Source of the DNA: Thecamonas trahens ATCC 50062
Lineage: Eukaryota; Protista; Apusomonadida
Assembly (NCBI RefSeq): GCF_000142905.1
Contig: NW_013657663.1
Span: 310,001-374,000, forward strand
Reading direction: 5' to 3'
DNA: 64,000 bases
Positions 11,701-22,747 of the stretch are shown here, in pieces; position 1 is the first letter of the stretch; every line of letters begins with the position of its first letter. The position numbers and the translations under genes are program-made. The notes beneath the pieces were generated by a model. That model had not been told where the DNA came from. It did not search any database and saw nothing but the letters and a program-made list of their open reading frames with translations.

Positions 11701-14361
11701 GAGGTAGCGAACGCGGTCAGTGACGTTGAGAACATGGAACCAGGCGGCAATGGTCCGGTGTGCAAAGGCCATGCAGTACTTGAGCGGCGAGGTGTCACCA
11801 ATGTGAGCGAGAATGGTGAGGACTCGGACCACGTCCTTGTGCCGCATTGCCTTGATGAGCAGCCGGTAGTGGGTGAGCGACCAAAACAGGTCAAGTACCA
11901 GTGTCTCGGAGAACGCCGAAGCATCGTTCGAGTGCGAGCGGAAGAGGAGATAGATAACGCGCCGGAGATGAACAGCGACCTCGACCGGAAACTCAGCAGC
12001 AGCAATTGTGAATGCCCGAAGCGCCGGGTTCCGCGTCGCCGGCTCGCCAGTGAGCAGGTGAACTACTGTGGCGACAAGGCCCGATGCCACAGGCTCGGCA
12101 AGACGGTCCTTGTATCCCATGAGAAGGATGAGGGCCTGCAACGCGGTTCGCAACAGACTCTTGGTTCGGCTGGCAACGGCCGACGGTGGGCCGTGGAGCA
12201 CAACAGATGAGACGAGACTCCCGCGGACAAGCGCGTCGGAGAGAAAGACGGCGAGCTTGGCGACGTCGACAGAGACGCAGACAAACTTGTTCTCGAGCCA
12301 GTTGATTAGACCCGAGAGCGCAGTAGAAAACAAAGCCTGGTCGGTCTCGCTCGCCACTAGATCAAGAAGTACATCGTACACCGCGGACATAGGGAAGAGG
12401 ACGGCGCCGGTGTCGCGTGAACGGGTGGCGGAGACGGTGAACTGCGGGCACCGAGTGTTGAGCCACATCAGCTCGTAGGCGGCGTTCGACGACAGCGAGA
12501 GGAGGCAGGTGAGGATTTCGAGCCGAAGTGGCGCCAGCGCTGGTGCTGCATGACTGGGTGAGAGCATGCCGAGCATGACGTCCACGACCATGAGTCCCGA
12601 CTTTGTCTCGCCATTGGTCACATGGTCACCAAGGACAGTAACCAGGCCCGAAACAGCCTCGGGAACTACGCCAGCCGCGGCCACGCTCGCCATCAGCGAG
12701 ATGAGCGCCTGGGTGCACGCCAGCGGAATGGTTGGCGACGCAGCCTGAGTCACAGCAAAGTTGAGTGCCGCAGTTCCGATTCCTGTGTCGGCATCGACGA
12801 GGAGGACACCAAGCGCAGGCACGATGACCGTGTTGAGGAGCTCGACAAGATCATGCGCAGTGAAGGTGGCCGAGTAAACCTCAATAAGTATGTCTAGAAG
12901 CTTGGAGCGAACAGCAACACGGAGGTCGTGGACAAAGAGCGAAGTGAACGCCCCAAGGTCGTCTAGCCACGTCGGGCTGCCCGGCTGAAAGTGGTGCGAG
13001 GCCATCCGCAGCCGCATGACAGCAAGGACATCGACGGCCGGCTGAAGCGCGGCGTAGCTCTCGAGAACAGTGATGAGCTTGTTAGTCTCACCGTGAAACT
13101 TGCTCGCTTCGAGCAGGCGATGGAGCATGTGGAGGCACTGGACGACGGTATCGCGGAGCGAGGTCTTTCCGGTGTAATCCAGGAACGGATCGAGACCGCC
13201 AAGGATGTCGAGGATGAACGGCCACTCAATCCGCAGCTGATGACCGTACTTTTTGATGAGCCGGTGCATCGAGAGTGCGATCTCATATGCGATAATGTTG
13301 TGGTTCGGCTCGCATAGGACAGACATGGCGTGGGCAATAGCAGGAAGGATGACAACGTACGAGACGTGGGCGGTGAGGACCCGCTGCTTGCCCCATGATG
13401 CCATAGAGATGAAGAATAGCGCGCCACGGATGAGCCCGATGTCGGCGTCGGGGAAGCCTGGCTCGACGTCGCCAACAAGCGACTGCAGGGCATACATGGC
13501 AGTCTGGCCAAGATACGACTTGAGCATGCTCTGCATAACTTCCCATGAGTGAGTGGCAAAGACGTTGATGTTGACGATGCGGCAGAGCGCTGCGGTGTAG
13601 TCAGGCATGCAGGTCATGGGCACAGTCCCGTAGCGCACAAGCACATCAAGCGCATCAAGGCACCCACCAACCACCTCGGCAGAGTCGGTGACGTTGGCGA
13701 TGGCGCAGACAGACTTGACCAGCGGCGAGACTTCGGCCTCGGCGCGAAACACAATGTTGTTGTACTTGACTAGCCGGGCGACAAAGGCGATGAGGCGGAC
13801 GACCCACGCCTCGTCGGCGGTACTCTCGCCGAGCGAGTCGCGAGCGAGTTCGAGCCAGCTCAACAACAGCGGCGGAAGTGTGTAGTCGAGGCCGCAGAGA
13901 TGGCGACCGTCTGCGGTGAGCGCCACGAGAAGATCAAGGGCGGAAGTCCGGGCTTCCGACGAGCCGCGCGGGCTGCCCTTTGGGTCGACGCCGGCCGAGT
14001 CAGAGACAAAGGCAAGGACACGTGGGGCGAGGATGTGTGACCGGGCAGTCTGGTTTGCCAGAGTCGCAGCAGCAAGCGCAGCTGCGGCAGGGACCACCGC
14101 CGAGACGCCAGCACTCAGCATGCCGGATGCCAGCTCCCACAGCGCCGTAGGCAGTGGCGCAGGCAGGCGGAACCGCGTCGCGGCCTGGGCGAGGAGATCA
14201 AGGGCGGCCACGGCGTCGTCTCGCGAGAGCGAGGCAGTCGGTGACACCAAGAGCCGCACCGCCTCGCGGACGACAATAGCCACCGGGCTCGGGTCGAGCA
14301 GTGGTGGACTGGTTGGCGCCAGTACGCTCCTGAGCCTTTTTATGGCTTGGGTGGCGCTCAT
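8714..14361 (-). CDS. TSC2: Tuberin (Rheb GAP); joins ORFs 11170-14361 and 8714-11173 across one apparent frameshift at about 11306
   Basis: N-terminal HEAT region with IRGALFFISMASWG and YEIALSMHRLIKKYG; RRPTGTFAWL; Rap-GAP domain HKIGLLYV...YTGGLD...FHTTTLMP...KKRHIGND with the Asn thumb; C-terminal SNWEERLKQI. Confidence 0.92.
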
Positions 14362-14476
14362 TTCCCTTGTGCGTGAGGTGGTTGGAGTGGGGAGGAGGTC
14401 GAGTTTGGGCGATCAAGTGTCACCGCGACGGGCTCGAGGCTAGTTCTGGTGATTGTAATGTAAGACTCACGCTACA

Positions 14477-16375
14477 TCACGCCATCACGCCAACCACGAC
14501 ACGGACAGATTCGAGCCACAGTGAGACAACGTTGGAGACAGAGTTGATAGGTGATGTTGATGCGCGATGCGCGACGTTCAAAGGCATCGCGGATGGCCAT
14601 GAGGAGTGGTACCTTGCCGAACTTGTGGTCAAACTCGTAGTCAACCGAGCCAGTCGGGTATGTGATGGGAACTCGGATGAGGAGAGGCGGAAGGTGGATG
14701 TTGGTGATCTCAGCCCGGACCCAGAGAGCAACAAAGGCGGCGGCACGGCCGGTGCTATGGGCGGGAACGAGGCGGACGCCAAGCGCAGACTCGAGGGTGT
14801 CGATCTCGGTCTTGAGCGACGGATTGGCCAGGGCTAGGTCGGCACGAGAGGTGGCGACCGCCGGCAGGGGTGGAGCCGGGGCGGTGTGACTAGGAGGTGC
14901 GAGTCTGAGTGAGTGGGCTGGAGTCGAAGAAGTCGGGGCTGCGGGTGCTGAAAACGCAGCGGCAGCGCCACCCATGGCATGGATGGCCGACGGGCGCGGA
15001 GTCTCGGGGGAAGGGTGATCGTCGGCTGGGAGGAGATAGTGTGAGCCTTGAGCAAACCAAGACGAAAAGCTGGTGACAGCATCGAGTCTGTGGCCGATGG
15101 CCGGGCGGCTTCGACGTCGCGGGCAAGGTCGGCGTACGAGACATGCGCGCCCGAGTTGTAGGCCTGGCGTTTGGCAGGGCGGGTAAGAAAGGCGTTGTCG
15201 AGAGCAGAGACACGTTCGCGTTTGGAGCCAACACGATGGGCAGGCGGGGGACGAGCCAGCGCAGTACTAGGAAGATGAGACGATGACCACCACAAAGCCT
15301 TTGGGCGGCTCGAGGCGGGGTCGTCCGAGCGTTCCGCGGCGGGCGCGTTGGGTCGGTTGTGCGGGGACATGCGCTGCAGCGGTGGTGAAGTCGGCGAGGA
15401 GAGGGCTGAGGCCAGACTCGAGTCGACTGGCACATCACTAGATGAGGTGAGAAAGCCAGCCTCAAGTGAGCGGAGCGAGTCGCAGAGGGTGACGCTAGCC
15501 GAGCTGATGGCCGGAAGGTGCGAGGGGTTATTGAGGAGATGAGCCAGAGCGACGGTAGGAAGGACTGATGGCGACGATGTCGTGACTGCAGCGTCGCGGG
15601 TTGACTCGGCAGTTTTGGGCGGCTTGCCAGCCGTGGGAGGAGAAGGGTTCTTGCCCGCAGAACCACCGGAGCTGGCTGCCGTAGTGGCGGCGGACGACGC
15701 CTGCACTGGTGCAGGTGATGATGCTGATGAAGCGGCGGCCGTCAGCTGGGCAGGGGCGGCCGGCGGATTGGCCGAGATCGAGGCACTTGTACGAGACTTG
15801 CTCCGCTCGATGCTGCGGGCGAGACGGCGCTCCGAGTTGATGCGGCGGTTCGAGTCGACGTGGGCACCGCTGGAGGTCGATCCGCCGAACACGTTGTGGT
15901 AGGCATGAAAGTAGGTATCGACGGCGGTTTTCAGCGAAGCCTTGGCATGAGCTTTTGCAGTGCTGTCCAAGCCAGAGCTGCGGTAGGCGTTGTGGGCGGT
16001 TTTGATACTGCTGATGTAGGGGCCAAGGCGGGCGGACTGTTCGGGCGTCAGAGTACTCGAGGTAGCGGAAATGATGGTCAGCTTGATGTTCAAGGCGCCT
16101 TCGGTGACCTTTGAGTAGTACTGGCGGACGTTACGGGTGTATTGCTCTGGCGATGACGAATCTCTCAGGAGTGCCTTCTCCTTAACCATGGCGTCGTCCT
16201 TGGCCTTCTTCTCCAGCTGCTCCCTGGTCAGACACGGCTGCTTCTTCAAGCTCAACAACTTGTTCTTGGCCCCTGCAAAGTCGTGCAGTGCCCTAAAGAT
16301 GGTCTGGATAGCCTGCTGTCGAATGTGCTTGCTCTTCGCGACCGGCATGGTGTGCCACCAGTAGTTGGCTGACAT
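14477..16375 (-). CDS. MED15: Mediator subunit 15-like (N-terminal KIX-like domain, Med15 C-terminal domain); apparent frameshifts at about 15006 and 14555
   Basis: N-terminal WH..IR..AIQTIF...A..KEK.LL..SSSPEQY follows the KIX pattern. C-terminal LPPLLIRVPITYP and SVSNVVSLWLESVR resemble Med15 VPPLELSVPADYP...SVTALLNTWAQSV. Confidence 0.6.
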
Positions 16376-16668
16376 GGAGTGGTGTGTGTGGGGTTGTGTG
16401 GTTGTGTGGTTGTGTGGGGAGTTGGGTGCTGTGGTCAGCCTGTGTGCTGTGGTCACGGTGAGTGAGTGTGAGTGTGTGAGTGAGTGTGCCAGTGCACCAG
16501 TGTACCCTTTGAGCACGAGTGTGACGGCGGGTGGTTTGGTTGGTGGCGGTCCAGACCACACACACACACAGACAGACACCGACAATCGAATTGGATCGTC
16601 TTTCGAGTTGAGCTGGCCTTGCCCCACTGCTTGTCACCACACCCCTCCTCTACCTCCCCCCCCCCCCG

Positions 16669-17085
16669 NNNNNNNNNNNNNNNNNNNNNNNNNNNNNNNN
16701 NNNNNNNNNNNNNNNNNNNNNNNNNNNNNNNNNNNNNNNNNNNNNNNNNNNNNNNNNNNNNNNNNNNNNNNNNNNNNNNNNNNNNNNNNNNNNNNNNNNN
16801 NNNNNNNNNNNNNNNNNNNNNNNNNNNNNNNNNNNNNNNNNNNNNNNNNNNNNNNNNNNNNNNNNNNNNNNNNNNNNNNNNNNNNNNNNNNNNNNNNNNN
16901 NNNNNNNNNNNNNNNNNNNNNNNNNNNNNNNNNNNNNNNNNNNNNNNNNNNNNNNNNNNNNNNNNNNNNNNNNNNNNNNNNNNNNNNNNNNNNNNNNNNN
17001 NNNNNNNNNNNNNNNNNNNNNNNNNNNNNNNNNNNNNNNNNNNNNNNNNNNNNNNNNNNNNNNNNNNNNNNNNNNNNNNNNNNNN
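16669..17085. other. Assembly gap (417 N)
   Basis: N run flanked by poly-C. Confidence 1.
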
Positions 17086-17141
17086 TCCCCCCCCCCCCCC
17101 TTCCCCACACATCTTCACCGTCCACCGGTCGGCGAGTTGCG

Positions 17142-18584
17142 ATGGTAGACGTGGAGAGGGAACCAGGCGGCGAGGTGCGGCAGGACGGGGTGCGGCAGGA
17201 CCCGACGACGCGGCAGGCCCAGGCGCGGCGGAACGATGTGCAGCAAGACGAGGCATGGGCAGACGAGGCATGGGCAGACGAGGCATGGGAGCGGCATGCG
17301 GTGTGGGTATTCCAGGTCCTAGACGCCAACACCAAAGGCCGGGTCTCGTTAGGCGAGCTGGACGCGGCGTTAGCTCCTCACGCCGCTGCCCTGCCCGAGG
17401 CAGCGCTGGCCAAGGCTGGCGAGGTCGGAGTCGTCTACGGCGACGATGTGGAGCTGGATCTGGGCGGCTTTGTGGCGGTGATGCGGGCGGCGCGCAAAGT
17501 CGATGCCGACATTGTTGCCTTTCTGTACAACGTCTCGCGTGCGGCGCTTGAGCCGTGGGATGAGCAGCCGTGGTTCCACCAGAACCATCCACATCTGCCG
17601 CCGCGGCCGCTGCGGCACGGCGGCACAGTATCCGACGAAACACGCCGCGATGTTGAGCGGCGGAAGCGGACGTGGACTGCCATTGCGTCATCGCTGCTCG
17701 CCGGTGGCTGTGCGGGCGCTATGGCCAAGTCGGCTGTTGCGCCGCTGGACCGGACCAAGATCCTGTTTCAGGTCAACCATCCACGCTTTGCCGGTTCCCC
17801 GGGCGTGTTGGCCACGCTCAAGCAAATTGTGCGGCTGGAGGGCTTGCGTGGGTTGTACAAAGGCAACGGAGCGCAAATGGTGCGCATTTTCCCTTATGCT
17901 GCAGTCCAGTTCATGTCGTACGAGCAGTACAAGCGTATTCTGCTCGGCGGCGATGACTCGCCGCTGACCGGCTCGACGCCTCCGCTGGTCAAGCTTGCTG
18001 CTGGCGCGCTGGCCGGCATGTCCTCGGTGGTGGCAACATATCCACTGGATCTAGTTCGGGCGCGGCTCGCGTCGCAGGTTGAGGTCCATGCCTACACCTC
18101 GATTCGCGAGTGCCTGTTCAAGACTGCGCAGAGCGAGGGCATTCGTGGCCTGTACAAAGGCCTTTCGCCAACGCTAGTGGGCATTGTGCCTTACGCCGGC
18201 CTCTCGTTCTTTACCTTTGACACGCTCAAGGAGAAGGCACGCGAGCTACTTCCGGCTGGGCAGCCGCTCCCGGTGGTAGCCTCGCTCGCGTGTGGCGCGA
18301 TAGCCGGACTCGTCTCGCAGACCGTCACGTATCCGATCGACTCGCTTCGCCGGCGGGCCCAGCTGATGGGCTCACCGGTCTTTGCCTCGCAGTCGGAAGC
18401 CTTCTCTTCTCGAACCAAGCACATGTCAGCAACCATGCTCCTCTCGCACCTCATCAAGAAGGAAGGCCCGCTCTCGCTCTTCCGCGGCCTCTCCATCAAT
18501 TACATGCGTGTCGTCCCGTCGGTCGCCATCTCGTTCACGACCTTTGAGTATCTCAAGGCGCGTCTGCCGACTGATGCGCGGTAG
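17142..18584 (+). CDS. Mitochondrial carrier, CoA-transporter type (SLC25A16/SLC25A42/Leu5-like), with an N-terminal EF-hand-like region
   Basis: Three carrier repeats (APLDRTK, YPLDLVR, YPIDSLR); GLYKGNGAQMVRIFPYAAVQFMSYEQYK; GLSINYMRVVP. EF loop DANTKGRVSLGE. An upstream exon could be hidden in the gap. Confidence 0.9.
   Translation: MVDVEREPGGEVRQDGVRQDPTTRQAQARRNDVQQDEAWADEAWADEAWERHAVWVFQVLDANTKGRVSLGELDAALAPHAAALPEAALAKAGEVGVVYGDDVELDLGGFVAVMRAARKVDADIVAFLYNVSRAALEPWDEQPWFHQNHPHLPPRPLRHGGTVSDETRRDVERRKRTWTAIASSLLAGGCAGAMAKSAVAPLDRTKILFQVNHPRFAGSPGVLATLKQIVRLEGLRGLYKGNGAQMVRIFPYAAVQFMSYEQYKRILLGGDDSPLTGSTPPLVKLAAGALAGMSSVVATYPLDLVRARLASQVEVHAYTSIRECLFKTAQSEGIRGLYKGLSPTLVGIVPYAGLSFFTFDTLKEKARELLPAGQPLPVVASLACGAIAGLVSQTVTYPIDSLRRRAQLMGSPVFASQSEAFSSRTKHMSATMLLSHLIKKEGPLSLFRGLSINYMRVVPSVAISFTTFEYLKARLPTDAR
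17246..17289 (+). repeat. 15-bp coding tandem repeat x3 (DEAWA DEAWA DEAWE)
   Basis: AGACGAGGCATGGGC repeated. Confidence 0.9.
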
Positions 18585-18639
18585 ATTCACTGTAAACGCG
18601 AGGACGTCAACGAGTTTGGGCGTGAGAGTTCCAGACTGG

Positions 18640-21600
18640 CTACTCGGCCGTAACATTGATGAGCGGCGGTGGGGAAGCTGCGGCGCGGTTGGCGGCACCA
18701 TGGCGGTTCTCGTTGGCGGAGCTCGACGCAGTGGTGGGCCGGCTAACGCCTCGGATCCTGCGCTTGCGCGGTGATGAGTTCTTGGTGCCGCGCTTGCGAC
18801 GGCGACGGCTGGGCGAGGCAGCGGCAGCGGCGGCGCGGGTGGCAGCAGCAGCAGCAGCAACGTTGGCATCCATGTCGGTGACCGAGCCAGCTGGACGCGA
18901 CGACGGACGAGCAGGCGACGATAAGGAGGTGCGGATCTTGCGGCGGCGGGTGTTGACCGACGACGGCTTGCGCGATCCGCGGCGGCGGCCCTTGGTCGGT
19001 GGTGCGGGGCCAGCGGCAGCCAGGTCAGCCGGAGCGGCGGCGAGGGCGGCGGCCTCGGCCATTTCGGCCTCGGCAGCGGCGAGGGCGGCGGTACGGGCGG
19101 CTTCGGCACGAGCAGCTACCGACATCGGATACCGTGGGAGCGGAGCAGCCTTGGCAGCGCGGCGGCGCTGTGCACGGGACATTTTGGAGCGACGTTTGCG
19201 CTGATCAGCCAGCGCCTTGACGGGGTCGGCAAGCAGCCGAGCTGTTGAGCCCGGAGCCGGCAGGTACTTGACGCAGTGAACATAGTCACGGTCTTGTGGG
19301 ACGAGAAGGCCAGCTTCTAGCACCGCCGGCTCGACATGGACGTCGTGGATGGCAAAAGTCTGCTGGATGCGGTAGACCTCCTCGTGCTGGCGCATGCGCT
19401 CCAGCGATGGGGCAGGCTCCAGCTCGGGCTGGCGGGCCCGCCGGCTTTTGGGCTTGCGGTTGCGCCCTGCCGACGACTGGCGCTTGCGGTTTGCCTTGGC
19501 CAGCTCGGCGGCGAGCTGGGCGGCTGCAGCGGGGCCGCCCTTGCGGGCGGCGGCCTTGGCCTTGCGGCGGGCGAGCCTTGCAGCACGCTTGGCCTCGCGC
19601 TCTTCACGCAGCTCCTGGATGTAGTCGGCGATGGCCGGCGGGACCGGCGGTGGGGGGGGATCGTGCGAGAGCGTTGCCGGTCGTGGAAGCGTAAACTGCG
19701 GCGGGGCAGACCACGCCGGCGGAACCGCGGATGCGTCCGAGCTTGCGGTCGAGGACTTGCGCCAACGATCTGAGCCTGTCTCGGGTCGTTGATGGGCGGT
19801 GCTTGGTCGCGAGTCTCCGCCGAGAATGTCGGGAGCATCTTGGGCCACGCCTTGTGCGCCGCGTGCAGCCGCGCCATGCTCGTAGGCAGAGAGTAGGACG
19901 CGGTTGTCACGGATGGCCTTGAGGACGGCATGCTTGCGGGCTTCGGGGTCACGATCGGGCGTGCGGGTGACAACCGGGCCTGTCGCCACCACCATCGGAA
20001 GCTGAGCATCGCTCGCTGCCTGGGCAGCCTGGGCGGCGTTCCAGGCGGCGGCGCCTTCGCCACGGAGCTCGTCGTCATCTGAAGATTCCGACGAAGCGAG
20101 ATCCTCGAGATTGGAAATGATGGTGACATGCTTGGCGGCGGCGGCATCGGTAGCGCGCTTATCGGACTCGATCGAGTTGGACGAGTCGTCGAAGAGAGTT
20201 GACTTGTCGTCGTCCGAGTCGTCGTTGTCGTCATCAAGCCTGGCTGGCGATGTTGCGCTGCCGGGTGAGTTGGTGGGGTGTGACTCGAACGATGCCTCGG
20301 GGCTCCGTGACCCGAATCGGCGGCGCTCTTTGAGCGGCGCCATGTCGTAGTCAAGCAGCGCCGGATCAGCTGGTTTCCACAGCGAGTGGGTGGCGCCGCC
20401 TGTCTGCGAGGCGTAGGTGTGGGACTCGATGCGTCGCATCGACTCTTCCTCGGCACGGGCGCGGGCGCGGGCAGCGCCTTTGGCACGCTGGGCCAAGTCG
20501 TTGAGGTACTTGCCCTGCTCGGCGTCGAGAAGCTTGCGGCGGAGCCAGGCCTCGTCACCGTCCTCTTCGTCGGCAGGTGGGTCGAAGACAGACGGGCGCA
20601 GCGGCGCAGTGGTCGGGCGCGCGCGCTGCTGACCGGTAGCAGCAGAAGCGTCCGACCGAATAGAGCGCGAGGCTGTGCCTGGCCGATGGCGCAGGGCAGA
20701 GGTAGCGGTGGGAGCGGGAGCGGCCGCGTTAGAGGCCGTGCCTGTAGCGGTAGTCCGGGCTTGTCGCTGCTTCTCGAGAGTGACAAGGAGATGCGGCGAA
20801 GGAGCGACGTAGGCGCCGGGCGGGAGCGAGCCCAGTTTCTGGGCAACAAGCAGCGAGGTGGCCGGAAGCAGGCCTGGGTCGTCGCGCATTGACGGCTGAG
20901 GCGGCGATGGGCTAGGCGGCTTGGGGTTGAGAATGGCTTCGCGCTGGAGGTAGGACGACATCAGGTTGCGCTGCTTGTAGTGCTTGAGCATGTCGTGGGC
21001 CGACTCGGCCTGTGGTGCTTCCCACGCAGCCTGATACTCGGATTGAGTCGAGGCGACAACGGTAGCGGCGGTGTCCCGGGAGGCCGACGCTGACCACGGG
21101 CGGGCGCGGAGGCGGAGGGCAGCGACCGACTTACGGTCGCGGCGGGCGGTCAAGCTGGGGCGAGCCGTGGCGGAGGCGTGGGCCAATGCCTCGGGCACGG
21201 TCGGCGGAAGTGGATGATGAGAGTCGCGCGGTGAAGCCATGCCGAGTGAGACGCCGCCGGTGGCCTTGATGAGCTCGTGCAATCTGCGGTCGTACTCGAT
21301 GTAGGTGGCATCGACAAGCGGAGCCGGTTTGATGCGGGCCGACGGGGTAGTGTCGTGCCGGCGGCGGACCATCGACGTTGACGCAGCATGGTCCACAGCC
21401 TCGGCCTCGTCCTGGGCAGCATACTCGACCGTAAACGAAGAGTCAAAGGCTGTCCGCTGGTCGCCGATTGCTGACCGGGCCATATTAGGGCGAACAATGG
21501 AGTCTGGGATGGTGAGCGCCGGCTTACCGAGAACATGGCTCTCAGCGGGGTGTGACGAGTGTGACGAGTGTGAGGAGTGGCCGGCAGCGGCACCCGACGA

Positions 21601-22472
21601 TGTCGTGGCGGCTGGCGTGGTGGCGGCGGCCGGCGACCCAGCGGCGGCCGTGAACGGGGCGGCGTGCTGCGCCTCGGGTGTGGGGGCCCAGGTAGACGAG
21701 CCGCGGACAATGGTCTCGTGCAGCGGCGACGGCACAAGGTTGCCAAAGCCCTCGGCAGGGGTGGTGGCGGTAGTGACGCCGCGCGCCGGCAGGGCGGGCG
21801 ACGATGGCTCGCGAAGCTGCAATGGAGTGCCTGTGGCAGGCGAGCTGCTTGGCGAAGCTGCCGAAGGTAGTGAGAGGTTGTGTGTGGTTGAGGACGGCGG
21901 AGGCGAGGGCGAGGACAGGCCGAGGCCGAGGCCGCCAATCTGCAGCGACGAGGCCTCGGCGCCGCGGTTGGCGTCGTACCAGGTGTAGACGGCGGTGACA
22001 TCTGCGTCGAGGGCGCGGGACCGCTTTGACGCCTTGAGGGTGGTCAGCAGCGACTGCAGGTGGCCGTAAAAGGCAAAGGCCCAGTCGGAGAGCTGGTTGC
22101 GGCGGGCGAGTGCACCCTGCCGGCGCAGGTCCCGGACCATGGCGGCATACTGCTCGTTGCGCCCCAGCTCCGGGTCGTCGACCGTGTTGGGTGTGAGCGA
22201 CTGCGATGACCGCGAGCCCGAGCGTGCACCAGGCTGCGTCCGGGCCAGGCGGCGGTTGCCCTCCGCACTGGGGAGCGAGGGAGAAGGGGGGGGTGTGGCG
22301 TGAGTGGCGGCGAGCAGCCAACGGCAAAATGGTGGCTGGTGTGGAGGGGGGAGGGGGGGGGACGGGGGAGGGGGAATACGGGAGTACAGTGCGGGGGGAC
22401 TGGAGAGGGAGGGAAGAGAATGGGCAAAGGTGCGTACATGAGCGCACGGATGCGGTCGGAGGACGACGGCAT
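18640..22472 (-). CDS. Uncharacterised, largely low-complexity/basic protein of about 1220 aa; exon 1 22472-22438, intron 22437-22268
   Basis: 1166-codon open frame extended by an in-frame GTACGC...ACTCAC...CAG intron (MPSSSDRIRALI|AEGNRR). Folded-looking block EEVYRIQQTF...LLVPQDRDYVHCVKYLPAPGS...DP near the C-terminus. Confidence 0.75.
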
Positions 22473-22747
22473 GGGTGCGAGTGCGGTGGGTGGAGGGTTG
22501 GGTCGCGGGAAGGGGGGGGGAGGGGCGGTTGCCTGTGATGGCTGGCGGTGGCAGCAGGGCGAATGGCTAGCCGTTTGAGTGGTTGGTCGGTTGGTTGGTT
22601 GGTTGGTTGGTTCGTTCGTTCGTTCGTTTGTCTGTTCCAGAGAGCTTCTTGGCTTGTACTGCTGCTGCTGCTGCTGCTGCTGCTGGCCAGCTCTCGCAAC
22701 AAGTCCGGCAAGACTGGGTTGGTCCGGAGGAGTAGCACAGGTTTGAT

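Noticed and set aside
16365-17141. ORF-track N-terminal extensions running through N gaps (739-aa carrier, 405-aa MBF1 ORF)
   Set aside because: Artefacts of translating through Ns and low-complexity promoter or intron sequence.
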